This document shows, one piece after another, positions 1-8,250 of a stretch of 32,000 nt of DNA; position 1 is the first letter of the stretch, and each line of letters starts with the position of its first letter. A program made the translations under genes and the position numbers. The notes under the pieces were generated by a model, which saw nothing but the letters and a program-made list of their open reading frames with translations, was not told the origin of the DNA and searched no databases. The stretch spans positions 450,001 to 482,000 of the forward strand of contig NC_009483.1 in NCBI RefSeq assembly GCF_000016745.1. Direction: 5' to 3'. The stretch is from Geotalea uraniireducens Rf4 (GTDB taxonomy: Bacteria > Desulfobacterota > Desulfuromonadia > Geobacterales > Geobacteraceae).

Positions 1-72
1 AAGCGGCCCTTATCGTTTCAGGGGAGGTTCATTTCATGTCGGGCAGGCGGATAGTTTGCCGGGGGGGGGCGC

Positions 73-234
73 TCATCTCCGCCGGTAGGCACGGGCAGAG
101 ACCCGGGCGTAGCGAAGGTACCAGCGGCATTTGTCCGTCACCCGCGTTACCATGCTGAAACAGATGATGAGGATAAAGAACGACCAGAAAATCATGACAC
201 TGATAAATTTGGGCGCTACGGTTTCATAGTTCAT
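73..234 (-). CDS. hypothetical small membrane protein (about 53 aa)
   Basis: ORF 73..309 (-). An internal ATG at 234 is preceded by GGGGGGAG. One clear hydrophobic helix (ISVMIFWSFFILIICFSMV) and an Arg-rich tail. No family recognised. Confidence 0.3.
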   Translation of the reverse strand: MNYETVAPKFISVMIFWSFFILIICFSMVTRVTDKCRWYLRYARVSARAYRRR

Positions 235-487
235 AACTCCCCCCATGTGATGGTCCCGCTGCTGGAAACGCCATTCGACGGCACTGATAACAGGCAGGGC
301 AGACCGCAAATTGCTGAAAAAATGGACCGATATGGCATGTATACCGTATCGGTCCAGCGGGAAAATACTTTAAAATTGCGCCGGTGCAGATGCTTAAAGG
401 CAGGGGGGTGCTGGGAGATGACTGCTTCAGCCGGACGGATGGCTGATTGATTGCAGAGACGGGCCGTAGAGAGGATGAAAATACTTC

Positions 488-1168
488 CTAAACCCTTTGC
501 AATTGCTGTAGCGAGTCGAGGATGGCTGCGGGCTCAAGGCGGTTGGTGTAGTCCGCATTGACAAAGGCGAGGCGGATCGTCGCCTTCCGGTCGATGACGA
601 ACGTTCCGGGGAGCGGCAGTTCCCAGGATTCATCACCGTTGTACTCGGGCAGATGGACGCCGAAGCCTTGATAAATGGAGCGCATCTCTTCGGCAATGGG
701 ATAGACGAGGCCGAATTGCCGGGCGACCTTGTTCCCGAGATCGCTCAGCACCTCGTATTCGAGGAAGTTCTTTAACAGGGTCGCCTGGGATCGGTCCGGG
801 GTCTGCGGAGAGATGGCCACAAGCGTAGCGCCGAGTGTCAGGATCTGAGGGAGGATCTTCTGGTAAGCCCGCAACTGCAGGCTACAGTATGGTCACCACG
901 CTCCCCGGTAGAATGTTGCCACCACCGGCCCGGCGTTCAGCAAGCCATGGAGCTGCACCTCTTTGCCGACGGCATTGGGGAGGGAGAAATCGGGCGCCTT
1001 TTCTCCCGGTTTCAGCGCCCGGTCGGCAATACCGGATTGCACCAGCTCCATGGTCGCCTTGCGCATGGCCGCCACCGTATCCGGGGGGAGTTTCGCAAGA
1101 TTTTCATCCTGGAGCCTTTGCAATTCAGCTTGCAATTCCGGATTGATTCCTTCTTGCCCGGTTGTCAC
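488..1168 (-). CDS. Peroxiredoxin-like (AhpC/TSA, thioredoxin-fold) selenoprotein with a U-P-Y-C redox motif; UGA at 893..895 read as selenocysteine
   Basis: ORFs 893..1168 and 488..874 are in the same frame, separated only by TGA. The joined sequence reads ...VVATFYRGAW-U-PYCSLQLRAYQKI..., which is the FYRGxWCPxC motif of Prx-like2 proteins with the first Cys replaced by UGA. A hairpin follows the UGA. Confidence 0.8.
860..887 (-). promoter_or_regulatory. putative bacterial SECIS hairpin, starting 5 nt 3' of the UGA
   Basis: The mRNA reads UGA CCAUA CUGUAGCC-UGCAGUUGCG-GGCUUACCAG. This gives a stem of about 8 bp with bulges, an inner GC/GC pair and an AGUU apical loop about 17 nt after the UGA. 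Confidence 0.45.
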
Positions 1169-1180
1169 GATAACTACCCC

Positions 1181-1349
1181 CTAGGAGCCTGTCGGACTTA
1201 GGAATGAATCTACTGCGAGAACGGAAAATCGGTCCATATTCCCGGAAATTTTCGACGAATAGGTCCACTATTAGCTCTCAAATTTCCGAAAATCTGTCCT
1301 CGATTTGCCATTCTCTCGTTACGATTCCCTAAGTCCGACGGGCTCCTAG
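1181..1349. repeat. 169-bp imperfect palindromic (MITE-like or structured-RNA) intergenic element with 22-nt terminal inverted repeats
   Basis: CTAGGAGCCTGTCGGACTTAGG (1181-1202) against CCTAAGTCCGACGGGCTCCTAG (1328-1349) pairs at 21/22 positions, and the mismatch is G:U-compatible. Internal blocks are also symmetric, for example CGGAAATTT / AAATTTCCG. Confidence 0.6.
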
Positions 1350-1441
1350 TTTGTGGAGATTACACCAATTATATACCCTGCTCTCCGGCTGGCAATAGCG
1401 GCATCCGCCGACGAAGGTAAAAAGGATGTCCTGCACAGCGA

Positions 1442-1475
1442 TAAAAAGTCCCCGCCAAAAGGCGCGGGGACTTTG
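1442..1475 (-). terminator. rho-independent terminator downstream of the subtilase gene
   Basis: The minus strand reads GACAAAGTCCCCGCGCC-TTTT-GGCGGGGACTTTTTATC: a GC-rich stem followed by a T-run, about 55 nt after the stop at 1529. Confidence 0.6.
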
Positions 1476-1528
1476 TCAGTCCGGCTCGGTTTAATGGTCG
1501 CCTCCATATGTAATACATCCGGGACAGG

Positions 1529-4500
1529 TCATTTGCGGTTTACCACAATGCTGCTTGACACTTTCCAGGCACTGTCGGCGTAACCTGTCTTGGTCGCCTT
1601 CACCCTGAAGGTGTACGTTCCTCTTGCTGGGACAGTGAGATTCGCCCAGGTGTAAGGCCCTCTGAAGGCGGAGGTATAGGCGCCGTTGTCCTTGCTGTAC
1701 TCCAGAACGTAGGTCACCCCGCTAACATTGCTGCGGCTCCAGCTTACCTGGAAACTCCCCGTGGTGCTGCTCGCCGGCACGCTGATCGAGGCGGGGGCGC
1801 CGCAGATCAATGTTACCGAGCAGCTTTTGGTTGCCGAGTAGGCGCTGTCGGTGTAACCCGTCTTGGCCGCCTTCACCCTGAAGGTGTATGTCCCGCTGGC
1901 GGGGACAGTAAGGTTCGCCCAGGTGTAGGTCCCTTTGTAGGCGGAGGTGTAGGCGCCGTTGTCCTTGCTGTACTCCAGAACGTAGGTCACCCCGCTGACA
2001 TTGCTGGGGCTCCAGCTTACCTGGAAACTCCCCGTGGTATTGCCTGACGGCACGCTGATCGAGGCGGGGGCGCCGCAGATCAATGTTACCGAGCAGCTTT
2101 TGGTTGCCGAGTAGGCGCTGTCTGTGTAACCCGTCTTGGCCGCCTTCACCCTGAAGGTATACGTCCCGCTGGCGGGGACGGTAAGGTTCGCCCAGGTGTA
2201 GGTCCCGCTGTAGGCGGAGGTGTAGGCGCCGTTGTCCTTGCTGTACTCCAGAACGTAGGTCACCCCGCTGACATTGCTGGGGCTCCAGCTTACCTGGAAA
2301 CTCCCCGTGGTATTGCCTGACGGCACGCTGATCGAGGCGGGGGCGCCGCAGATCAATGTTACCGAGCAGCTTTTGGTTGCCGAGTAGGCGCTGTCTGTGT
2401 AACCCGTCTTGGCCGCCTTCACCCTGAAGGTGTACGTTCCGCTGGCGGGGACAGTAAGGTTCGCCCAGGTGTAGGTTCCGTTGTAGGCGGAGGTGTAGGC
2501 GCCGTTGTCCTTGCTGTACTCCAGAACGTAGGTCACCCCGCTAACATTGCTGGGGCTCCAGCTTACCTGGAAACTCCCCGTGGTATTGCCTGACGGCACG
2601 CTGATCGAGGCGGGGGCGCCGCAGATCAATATTACCGAGCAGCTTTTGGTTGCCGAGTAGGCGCTGTCTGTGTAACCCGTCTTGGCCGCCTTCACCCTGA
2701 AGGTGTACGTTCCGCTGGCGGGGACAGTAAGGTTCGCCCAGGTGTAGGTCCCTTTGTAGGCGGAGGTGTAGGCGCCGTTGTCCTTGCTGTACTCCAGAAC
2801 GTAGGTCACCCCGCTAACATTGCTGGGGCTCCAGCTTACCTGGAAACTCCCCGTGGTATTGCCTGACGGCACGCTGATCGAGGCGGGGGCGCCGCAGATC
2901 AATGTTACCGAGCAGCTTTTGGTTGCCGAGTAGGCGCTGTCTGTGTAACCCGTCTTGGCCGCCTTCACCCTGAAGGTGTATGTCCCGCTGGCGGGGACAG
3001 TAAGGTTCGCCCAGGTGTAGGTTCCGTTGTAGGCGGAGGTGTAGGCGCCGTTGTCCTTGCTGTACTCCAGAACGTAGGTCACCCCGCTAACATTGCTGGG
3101 GCTCCAGCTTACCTGGAAACTCCCCGTGGTATTGCCTGACGGCACGCTGATCGAGGCGGGGGCGCCGCAGATCAATGTTACCGAGCAGCTTCTGGTTGCC
3201 GAGTAGGCGCTGTCTGTGTAACCCGTCTTGGCCGCCTTCACCCTGAAGGTGTATGTCCCGCTGGCGGGGACAGTAAGGTTCGCCCAGGTGTAGGTTCCGT
3301 TGTAGGCGGAGGTGTAGGCGCCGTTGTCCTTGCTGTACTCCAGAACGTAGGTTACCCCGCTAACGTTGCTGGGGCTCCAGCTTACCTGGAAACTCCCCGT
3401 GGTATTGCCTGCCGGCACGTTGATCGAGGAGGGGGGGGCAAGTTGGGGATTAGGCAATGTAATCTGATTTCCGGCAAGGGTATTGTTGTTCTTGTTTGTT
3501 TCAACCAGCCGATTCGTGTAATCAGCGCAGGCAATAAGGTACAGGGATCCGCCGGGCGCTGTAGGGGGAATGGGTGCCCGGGTTGTCCCACTGGGGCAGG
3601 TTCCGGCTGCGATAGACGCCACGTTCCGGCTGCCGATCAGCATGTCATCTGAAGAGAGGTTCTGGTCGCTGGAGAGGTAGAATCCGACCGAAAATCCCGT
3701 GGCATCGCCCGGACCGCCATTGCAGACAGTATCAGTGATCGTGATCGTGCTCCCCTGGACGGCGGAGGGCGGCCCTGCAACACTCTGCACGAACAGATCG
3801 GATGGTTGGAGACGCGTGACCGTGATGGTGAGGGATGTCGTCTTGCCAAGGGTATCGGTCGCCGCTACCGTGAAACCGTTGTCCCCCACTTGCAAAGCCA
3901 CTGGAAGACTGTAGTAGCCGTCGCTTGGCCGGTAGTTGGCCACGGTTCCGTTGATCGTCACCGAGCTCACCCCCGATGGATCGGTACACACTCCGGTGAT
4001 GACGGTGGAGGGCTGGTAGGTCGTGCTTCCCTCTGAGGAAGTAACGGTCAGGGATGGGGGGAGGTTCAACGTCGTAAATAAGATGGCACTGCTGCCAGCC
4101 GTATTTCCCGCTTCATCGGTGGATTTTGCCGCAACATGGTAAGTCGCTGCTTCCAGCAAGGCGGTGAGGCGCATGCTGTGTTCTGTTGCCAGCTTCTTGT
4201 CGGCGGACACCCCTCCCATGGCCGGGGTGTCGCCGTAATTAAGCACCGAGTTTGCCGGTTCGTTGGTGGTCCAGGTAATGGTCGCCGCAGTGTCGGTGAT
4301 GCCGGTGACGGCGAGGTTCGAGATGGCCGGCGGGACATTGTCCACAAAAGCTGCGGCTGTTACCGTTGCCGATTTCCCCGAGCCGTCGTTGGCATCATGG
4401 TAGATGGCAGTGATGGTATCGCCGTCGGCACCCTGGAGCCGGCCGTCGCCGGGAACGACCGGTGCGGCTGCAATAGGAATGCTTCCGGAAAAAATGGCGA

Positions 4501-6709
4501 TATTCGGGGCGGATTCGGTGAGGACGACCGTCTCCCCGGACGATTCTGCAGTGCTGACAACGAGTATCGGCACCTGCTCCACCTTGGTCGGATCACTGTT
4601 CAGATCACGGTCGGCTATCTGTATCTGGAGAGTGCTGCTGGAATTGTACCTCTGCCTGTCGAGGCTGATCGTTCCCCGGGATGTTACCCCCGAAGCCCCG
4701 GTGATGGCGAGGGCAAAGGGTTGTGGAGCGTAGGGAACGTTGTAGCCTGTGACGGAGACCGTGTATATTCCGGGAACCGGTGCCTGGACCAGGACCTGCT
4801 CCTCGACGTTGAGCCGATCAGGAGTGCCGCCGGCAAACGATTCGCCGTTGGTAAAGGCATTTCCCGTCAGAACCGTTCCGTCGGGGGTACTCACCGCCAG
4901 GTCGAGGTCGTTAACTATTGCTTTTACCGCGCCGATGGTCCCTGGGTAGTCGGTCCAGACCAGGGTTACCTTGAAGGGCTGCCCGCCCGGCACCAGGAAC
5001 TGCCTGCTCCAGTTCTTGTCCGTCCCAAGTCCGCCCCCCTCGTCCACCACTGCAAGTCTCCCGGCCTCCCCGGCAAAGGGGAGCGCGTTGGCGAGATTGA
5101 TCCTTCCCCAACCCTGGCCGGTGGCGGGGATCGGGCCACCGGTGCCGGTTCCGGTCATGTTCTGGGCGCTGTTGACAACCACCGCCTTGACCAGGGCGGC
5201 CGAAGGGGTGAACGCATTGATCGGGGTGGCGATGCCCAAGGGGTGGAAGCCGTCGATGAAATACTGACGGACCAGCGCAGCAGCTCCGGCTACGGCCGGC
5301 GTGGCCATGGATGTGCCGCTCATGCCGAGCGTGCCGTTGTTGGAACTGTCTTTCAAGCCGTCAGAATCGGCGGAGATGATGCCATAGCCGGGTGCGGTCA
5401 CCGTCGGCTTGATCCGACCGTCAGCGGTTGGGCCGTTACTGCTGAACGAAGCCATGTTCTCGGCACTGCTGCCGTTATAGGTGGCACCGACGCTGATGAC
5501 ATTCTTGGCGGTCGCCGGGTTGCCGACCGTGGATAACCCCGGCCCGGCGTTGCCGTTGGCGAACAAAGCAAGGAATTCCTTGTGTTCCCACAGGAAGCGG
5601 TCGGCGCTCGCCGCGAAGGAACTGTAGGACCCGTCGTCGTTTCCCCAGCTGTTAGTGTGGAAACGAGCCCCGACGTTGTAAGCGGCAGTGAACATGAGCC
5701 CCAGGTCATCGGGGGGATAGACTGCGTTGCTTCCTCCCGGCGTCAGATCCTGTATGAAAACCCGGGCCTTGGGCGCCATGCCGTTGGCATTGGAGAGTCC
5801 GTCCACCGGCGTGCGGTCGCCTGCCACCGTGTCCGTAACGTGAGTCCCGTGGCCCGGGGTGCTGGCATCGTAGTCGTCGCCGTAGGTCGTGTCGTAGCCG
5901 ACAATCTTCCGGTGCCCCGTGCCGATCGGCGCCCCGGCCGGGTCACGGAACCATGGCATGTCGTAGTCGAGCCCGGTATCGCCGATACCTATGATCTGGC
6001 CCTCGCCGTGGATCTTCTGGTCCCATATCTCCGTGTTATCGGGGATGTCGGTCTGGATCACCCAACGCGTCGTATCATTGAAAAGCTGCATGTCGAAGTG
6101 CTCGTCAATCCAGCTTACTTCCTCGATAGCCGCAAGCTTTGCAATGGACGTTGTGTCGACAGCCACCCGGAGTGTATCGCGGCCCACGTCGAGAACATCT
6201 CCCTCCATCTGCTGCACCACGGCCAGCACGTCGCGCACGTTGGCAGGGTCATCGAGCCTCAGGTGGATCCTGATCTTCTCGCCCGATGGCCGGGCAGTCG
6301 CCTTCTCCCGGAGCTTTTCGCGAAGCTTGTGGGCCGGTTTGAAACGGACCACTCCCTCGATGTACGGAAGTTTCTTCACGGCTTTTTTCGCAGTGTCATC
6401 CATGGTTGCCAGAAAGGCAAAATCGGGGAGGTAATCGAGAAGCCGGCACCCCAGCTCCTCCACTTTCGCTTTTTCCTCCTCGTGAATCGGCCCGGTAAAC
6501 TGGACGACCCACTTGCGTCGGCCCTTGTCCACTCTGGGTTCCAGGATCTCCGGCACCGCCGGTTCCTTCCCCTTCACGTCTATGACAATCCCATTGATCT
6601 GCACCTTGTGCTTCGAAAACTCTTTCGCCCAGGCTGGGCTTCCTCCCAGATACAGCAGAACGATGAAGAAGACCGATAGCGAGGCGCATCTCTTGATCTG
6701 GCCGCACAT
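1529..6709 (-). CDS. Secreted multidomain subtilisin-family (S8) serine protease, 1726 aa: signal peptide, propeptide-like domains, S8 catalytic domain, beta-sandwich, Fn3/Ig-like and CARDB-like domains, then 7 tandem Fn3-like repeats
   Basis: Catalytic motifs GIGDTGLD (Asp), HGTHVTDTVAG (His), NSWG (Asn) and GTSMATPAVAG (Ser). The likely start is the ATG at 6709 (MCGQIKRCASLSVFFIVLLYLGGSPAWA signal peptide), preceded by GGAAGGAGG. The longest ORF extends to 6772. Confidence 0.9.
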   Translation of the reverse strand: MCGQIKRCASLSVFFIVLLYLGGSPAWAKEFSKHKVQINGIVIDVKGKEPAVPEILEPRVDKGRRKWVVQFTGPIHEEEKAKVEELGCRLLDYLPDFAFLATMDDTAKKAVKKLPYIEGVVRFKPAHKLREKLREKATARPSGEKIRIHLRLDDPANVRDVLAVVQQMEGDVLDVGRDTLRVAVDTTSIAKLAAIEEVSWIDEHFDMQLFNDTTRWVIQTDIPDNTEIWDQKIHGEGQIIGIGDTGLDYDMPWFRDPAGAPIGTGHRKIVGYDTTYGDDYDASTPGHGTHVTDTVAGDRTPVDGLSNANGMAPKARVFIQDLTPGGSNAVYPPDDLGLMFTAAYNVGARFHTNSWGNDDGSYSSFAASADRFLWEHKEFLALFANGNAGPGLSTVGNPATAKNVISVGATYNGSSAENMASFSSNGPTADGRIKPTVTAPGYGIISADSDGLKDSSNNGTLGMSGTSMATPAVAGAAALVRQYFIDGFHPLGIATPINAFTPSAALVKAVVVNSAQNMTGTGTGGPIPATGQGWGRINLANALPFAGEAGRLAVVDEGGGLGTDKNWSRQFLVPGGQPFKVTLVWTDYPGTIGAVKAIVNDLDLAVSTPDGTVLTGNAFTNGESFAGGTPDRLNVEEQVLVQAPVPGIYTVSVTGYNVPYAPQPFALAITGASGVTSRGTISLDRQRYNSSSTLQIQIADRDLNSDPTKVEQVPILVVSTAESSGETVVLTESAPNIAIFSGSIPIAAAPVVPGDGRLQGADGDTITAIYHDANDGSGKSATVTAAAFVDNVPPAISNLAVTGITDTAATITWTTNEPANSVLNYGDTPAMGGVSADKKLATEHSMRLTALLEAATYHVAAKSTDEAGNTAGSSAILFTTLNLPPSLTVTSSEGSTTYQPSTVITGVCTDPSGVSSVTINGTVANYRPSDGYYSLPVALQVGDNGFTVAATDTLGKTTSLTITVTRLQPSDLFVQSVAGPPSAVQGSTITITDTVCNGGPGDATGFSVGFYLSSDQNLSSDDMLIGSRNVASIAAGTCPSGTTRAPIPPTAPGGSLYLIACADYTNRLVETNKNNNTLAGNQITLPNPQLAPPSSINVPAGNTTGSFQVSWSPSNVSGVTYVLEYSKDNGAYTSAYNGTYTWANLTVPASGTYTFRVKAAKTGYTDSAYSATRSCSVTLICGAPASISVPSGNTTGSFQVSWSPSNVSGVTYVLEYSKDNGAYTSAYNGTYTWANLTVPASGTYTFRVKAAKTGYTDSAYSATKSCSVTLICGAPASISVPSGNTTGSFQVSWSPSNVSGVTYVLEYSKDNGAYTSAYKGTYTWANLTVPASGTYTFRVKAAKTGYTDSAYSATKSCSVILICGAPASISVPSGNTTGSFQVSWSPSNVSGVTYVLEYSKDNGAYTSAYNGTYTWANLTVPASGTYTFRVKAAKTGYTDSAYSATKSCSVTLICGAPASISVPSGNTTGSFQVSWSPSNVSGVTYVLEYSKDNGAYTSAYSGTYTWANLTVPASGTYTFRVKAAKTGYTDSAYSATKSCSVTLICGAPASISVPSGNTTGSFQVSWSPSNVSGVTYVLEYSKDNGAYTSAYKGTYTWANLTVPASGTYTFRVKAAKTGYTDSAYSATKSCSVTLICGAPASISVPASSTTGSFQVSWSRSNVSGVTYVLEYSKDNGAYTSAFRGPYTWANLTVPARGTYTFRVKATKTGYADSAWKVSSSIVVNRK
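1532..3442 (-). repeat. 7 x 273-bp (91-aa) near-identical in-frame tandem repeats inside the protease gene
   Basis: The landmark GCAGATCAAT recurs at 1802, 2075, 2348, 2621, 2894 and 3167, an exact 273-nt period. Protein units read GAPASISVPSGNTTGSFQVSWSPSNVSGVTYVLEYSKDNGAYTSAY[N/K/S]GTYTWANLTVPASGTYTFRVKAAKTGYTDSAYSATKSCSVTLIC. Confidence 0.95.
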
Positions 6710-6922
6710 GGCATCCTCCTTCCTGGTTGAGGTTCGTTGCGATGGCCGATTACCGGAGACCTTCTCCGGCAATCGATGACATTCCTTCTCCTGGCACTAT
6801 TTGGATCGATCGCTTCTCGTGTGCTTTTTTCCGGCAAGCTCAAAGGTCTCTCCCCTTGTCTGATTAGTTGTTTTAAATAAAAACTTTGCAATACAACCTT
6901 TAAAGCATTTCAGGGGGAGGGC

Positions 6923-7247
6923 AATACGCTGTCCGGCGTATTTTAGGGGAGTATTTTATCGGGGAGGAAATGCGCTTTTCAAACGAGGGACAATTCCTGC
7001 GGGAGAGCCAAGTCGCCGCGATCGGGACCTGTTAGCGGCTCATGTCGACATATTGGCGGGATCGTGCGTTTTTCTGCCCACGATCTCCCGCCACTACGCA
7101 TATTTAACTGATAGAATCCAGCAATGAGGCATGCGGCTGCTGCCCTCTGCCATGGTTATTATCTAATTTAGATGGATGCTCGATTGTGTGCAATACGCAG
7201 AATGGTGTAAAAATGTGCGTATTTTAGATTACATGACTACGTATTTT
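6923..7247. promoter_or_regulatory. cluster of AATACGC/GCGTATT inverted repeats and CGTATTTT(A/G)G direct repeats in the AT-richer region upstream of the protease gene
   Basis: AATACGC-N6-GCGTATT at 6923-6942 and AATACGCA-N16-TGCGTATT at 7192-7223. CGTATTTTAG-like copies sit at about 6937, 7218 and 7240. Confidence 0.4.
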
Positions 7248-7361
7248 GGAGTTTGAGGAGTCTTTGACGCTTCAGAAGAACGTTCTGCTGACCATTAAAG
7301 GCCGGTTTGGTCAGCGGGTGAAGGGAGGAGTACTGGCTATGGCGGGGTGCCCTGCATGCGA

Positions 7362-7400
7362 AAAAAGGCCGTTCCCTTGTCGAGGGACGGCCTTTTTTTC
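7362..7400 (-). terminator. bidirectional-looking rho-independent terminator after the 7429..8037 gene
   Basis: AAAAAAGGCCGTTCCC-TTGTCGA-GGGACGGCCTTTTTTT: a GC stem flanked by an A-run and a T-run, 29 nt beyond the stop. Confidence 0.7.
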
Positions 7401-7428
7401 ATCTCAAGCGGGGGCGGAAAGCCCGCCG

Positions 7429-8037
7429 TCAGTCGTCATCGTCGTTGCGCCATCTTCCCCTGTCCTGCCTGGAGTAATCTTTTTCCGACCTTCGCGCCTC
7501 TTTCCACCGTTCATTGTCGTGCCGACGTCGCTCGCGCCACTCTCCGGCCGGCCGGCCATGCCTCCCCCAGTCCCCGTCATCACAGTGCCGCCTGTACTCC
7601 GCGTCCCGGTAGTAGCGGACACGCTCAAAGGGGTACCTGCGGAGCCCCCATGGGAGACTCCGGTAACTGGCCGTCACCCAGGGGCCGTTATGGGAAGGCG
7701 CACTGTACCAGGTATTGCCGCGAGTGAGGTAATAGCGACCGGAAACGTAGAAGAGGTCGTAGGGGACGCCGACCGCCGCGAAAAAACCCAACTCCGGGAG
7801 CCGGACGAATTCCGGCCGCTCTTCGATCACCACGGGTGGCGGGGCCGGGGCATAGACGGGGGGAGGGGGTGGGGCGTAAACGGGTGCCGAGACGGGGACA
7901 TAGACTGTGGGTGCAGATGCATACACCCGCGGCAGATTGCCGATGTTGATCCCGACGTTGAAACCGACGTTTGCTGCCTGGGCAGGGCCTGCTGCCGCGA
8001 CTGCCGCAACTACCATGCTTACAAGAATGCTTCGCAT
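7429..8037 (-). CDS. secreted proline-rich protein of unknown function with an Arg/Asp-rich C-terminal tail
   Basis: Signal peptide MRSILVSMVVAAVAAAGPAQA. Contains the tract PVYAPPPPPVYAPAPPP and ends RGRWRNDDDD. RBS AAAGGAGAAG lies upstream of the ATG. A GEMM-I riboswitch sits in the leader. Confidence 0.8.
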   Translation of the reverse strand: MRSILVSMVVAAVAAAGPAQAANVGFNVGINIGNLPRVYASAPTVYVPVSAPVYAPPPPPVYAPAPPPVVIEERPEFVRLPELGFFAAVGVPYDLFYVSGRYYLTRGNTWYSAPSHNGPWVTASYRSLPWGLRRYPFERVRYYRDAEYRRHCDDGDWGRHGRPAGEWRERRRHDNERWKEARRSEKDYSRQDRGRWRNDDDD

Positions 8038-8084
8038 ACGCTTCTCCTTTCTTTGACACAGGGTTTCCCGATGAACGGGGACGC

Positions 8085-8195
8085 AAAAAAGCCGGGGCAG
8101 AATATCCTGAGATAGTTCGGCAACCCGGCTGTCTTTTAAAGACCCTGTGGGCTTTCCGCCCCACCCTCGCGGGTGGTTTAGTAGTATCGCGTATC
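8085..8195 (-). promoter_or_regulatory. GEMM-I (cyclic-dinucleotide, c-di-GMP-I class) riboswitch with terminator expression platform, in the leader of 7429..8037
   Basis: The minus strand reads CUAAACC-ACCC-GCGA-GGGU-GGGGCGGAAAGCC-CACAGGGUCU-UUAAA-AGACAGCCGGGUUGCCGAA. It shows a GNRA-capped P1 and the conserved GGAAAGCC and AGCCGGGUUGCCG blocks. The 3' aptamer strand AGCCGGG can instead pair with CCCGGCU followed by UUUUUU (8085-8130). Confidence 0.8.
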
Positions 8196-8234
8196 TCGAA
8201 GCGAAGTTCGATCCAACTTTTATACTCTCGTATG

Positions 8235-8250
8235 AGCAGATACCGTGCCA
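8235..8250 (-). promoter_or_regulatory. sigma54 (RpoN)-type -24/-12 promoter upstream of riboswitch 1
   Basis: The minus strand reads C-TGGCACG-GTAT-CTGCT, against the consensus YTGGCACGNNNNTTGCW. GG and GC are at the correct 12-nt spacing, about 40 nt upstream of the aptamer. Confidence 0.5.

Noticed and set aside
247-450. 67-aa plus-strand ORF and other short ORFs in 247..700
   Set aside because: They have no RBS or motifs, overlap better-supported minus-strand genes, and are probably non-coding.
1532-3442. Diversity-generating retroelement (DGR) target or CRISPR-like array as the explanation for the 273-bp repeats
   Set aside because: The repeats are in-frame coding units with no spacers. 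The window has no reverse transcriptase or template repeat, and variation is limited to very few positions rather than many adenine-linked sites.
4136-6679. Plus-strand ORFs 4136..5536 and 5582..6679, and many smaller ones, inside the protease gene
   Set aside because: They lie opposite a continuous 1726-aa ORF with a full S8 catalytic signature. They have no motifs and a skewed G/R/V composition.
6791-6806. TGGCAC on the plus strand as a sigma54 promoter
   Set aside because: The sequence is TGGCACTATTTGGAT. The -12 position has AT instead of GC, and it points away from the protease gene with no downstream plus-strand gene.
7246-8164. Plus-strand 289-aa ORF, other frames over 7429..8037, and the 158-aa minus ORF 7688..8164
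   Set aside because: The minus-strand 202-aa ORF has a signal peptide, RBS, riboswitch leader and terminator. The others are overlapping shadow ORFs, and 7688..8164 would run through the riboswitch.
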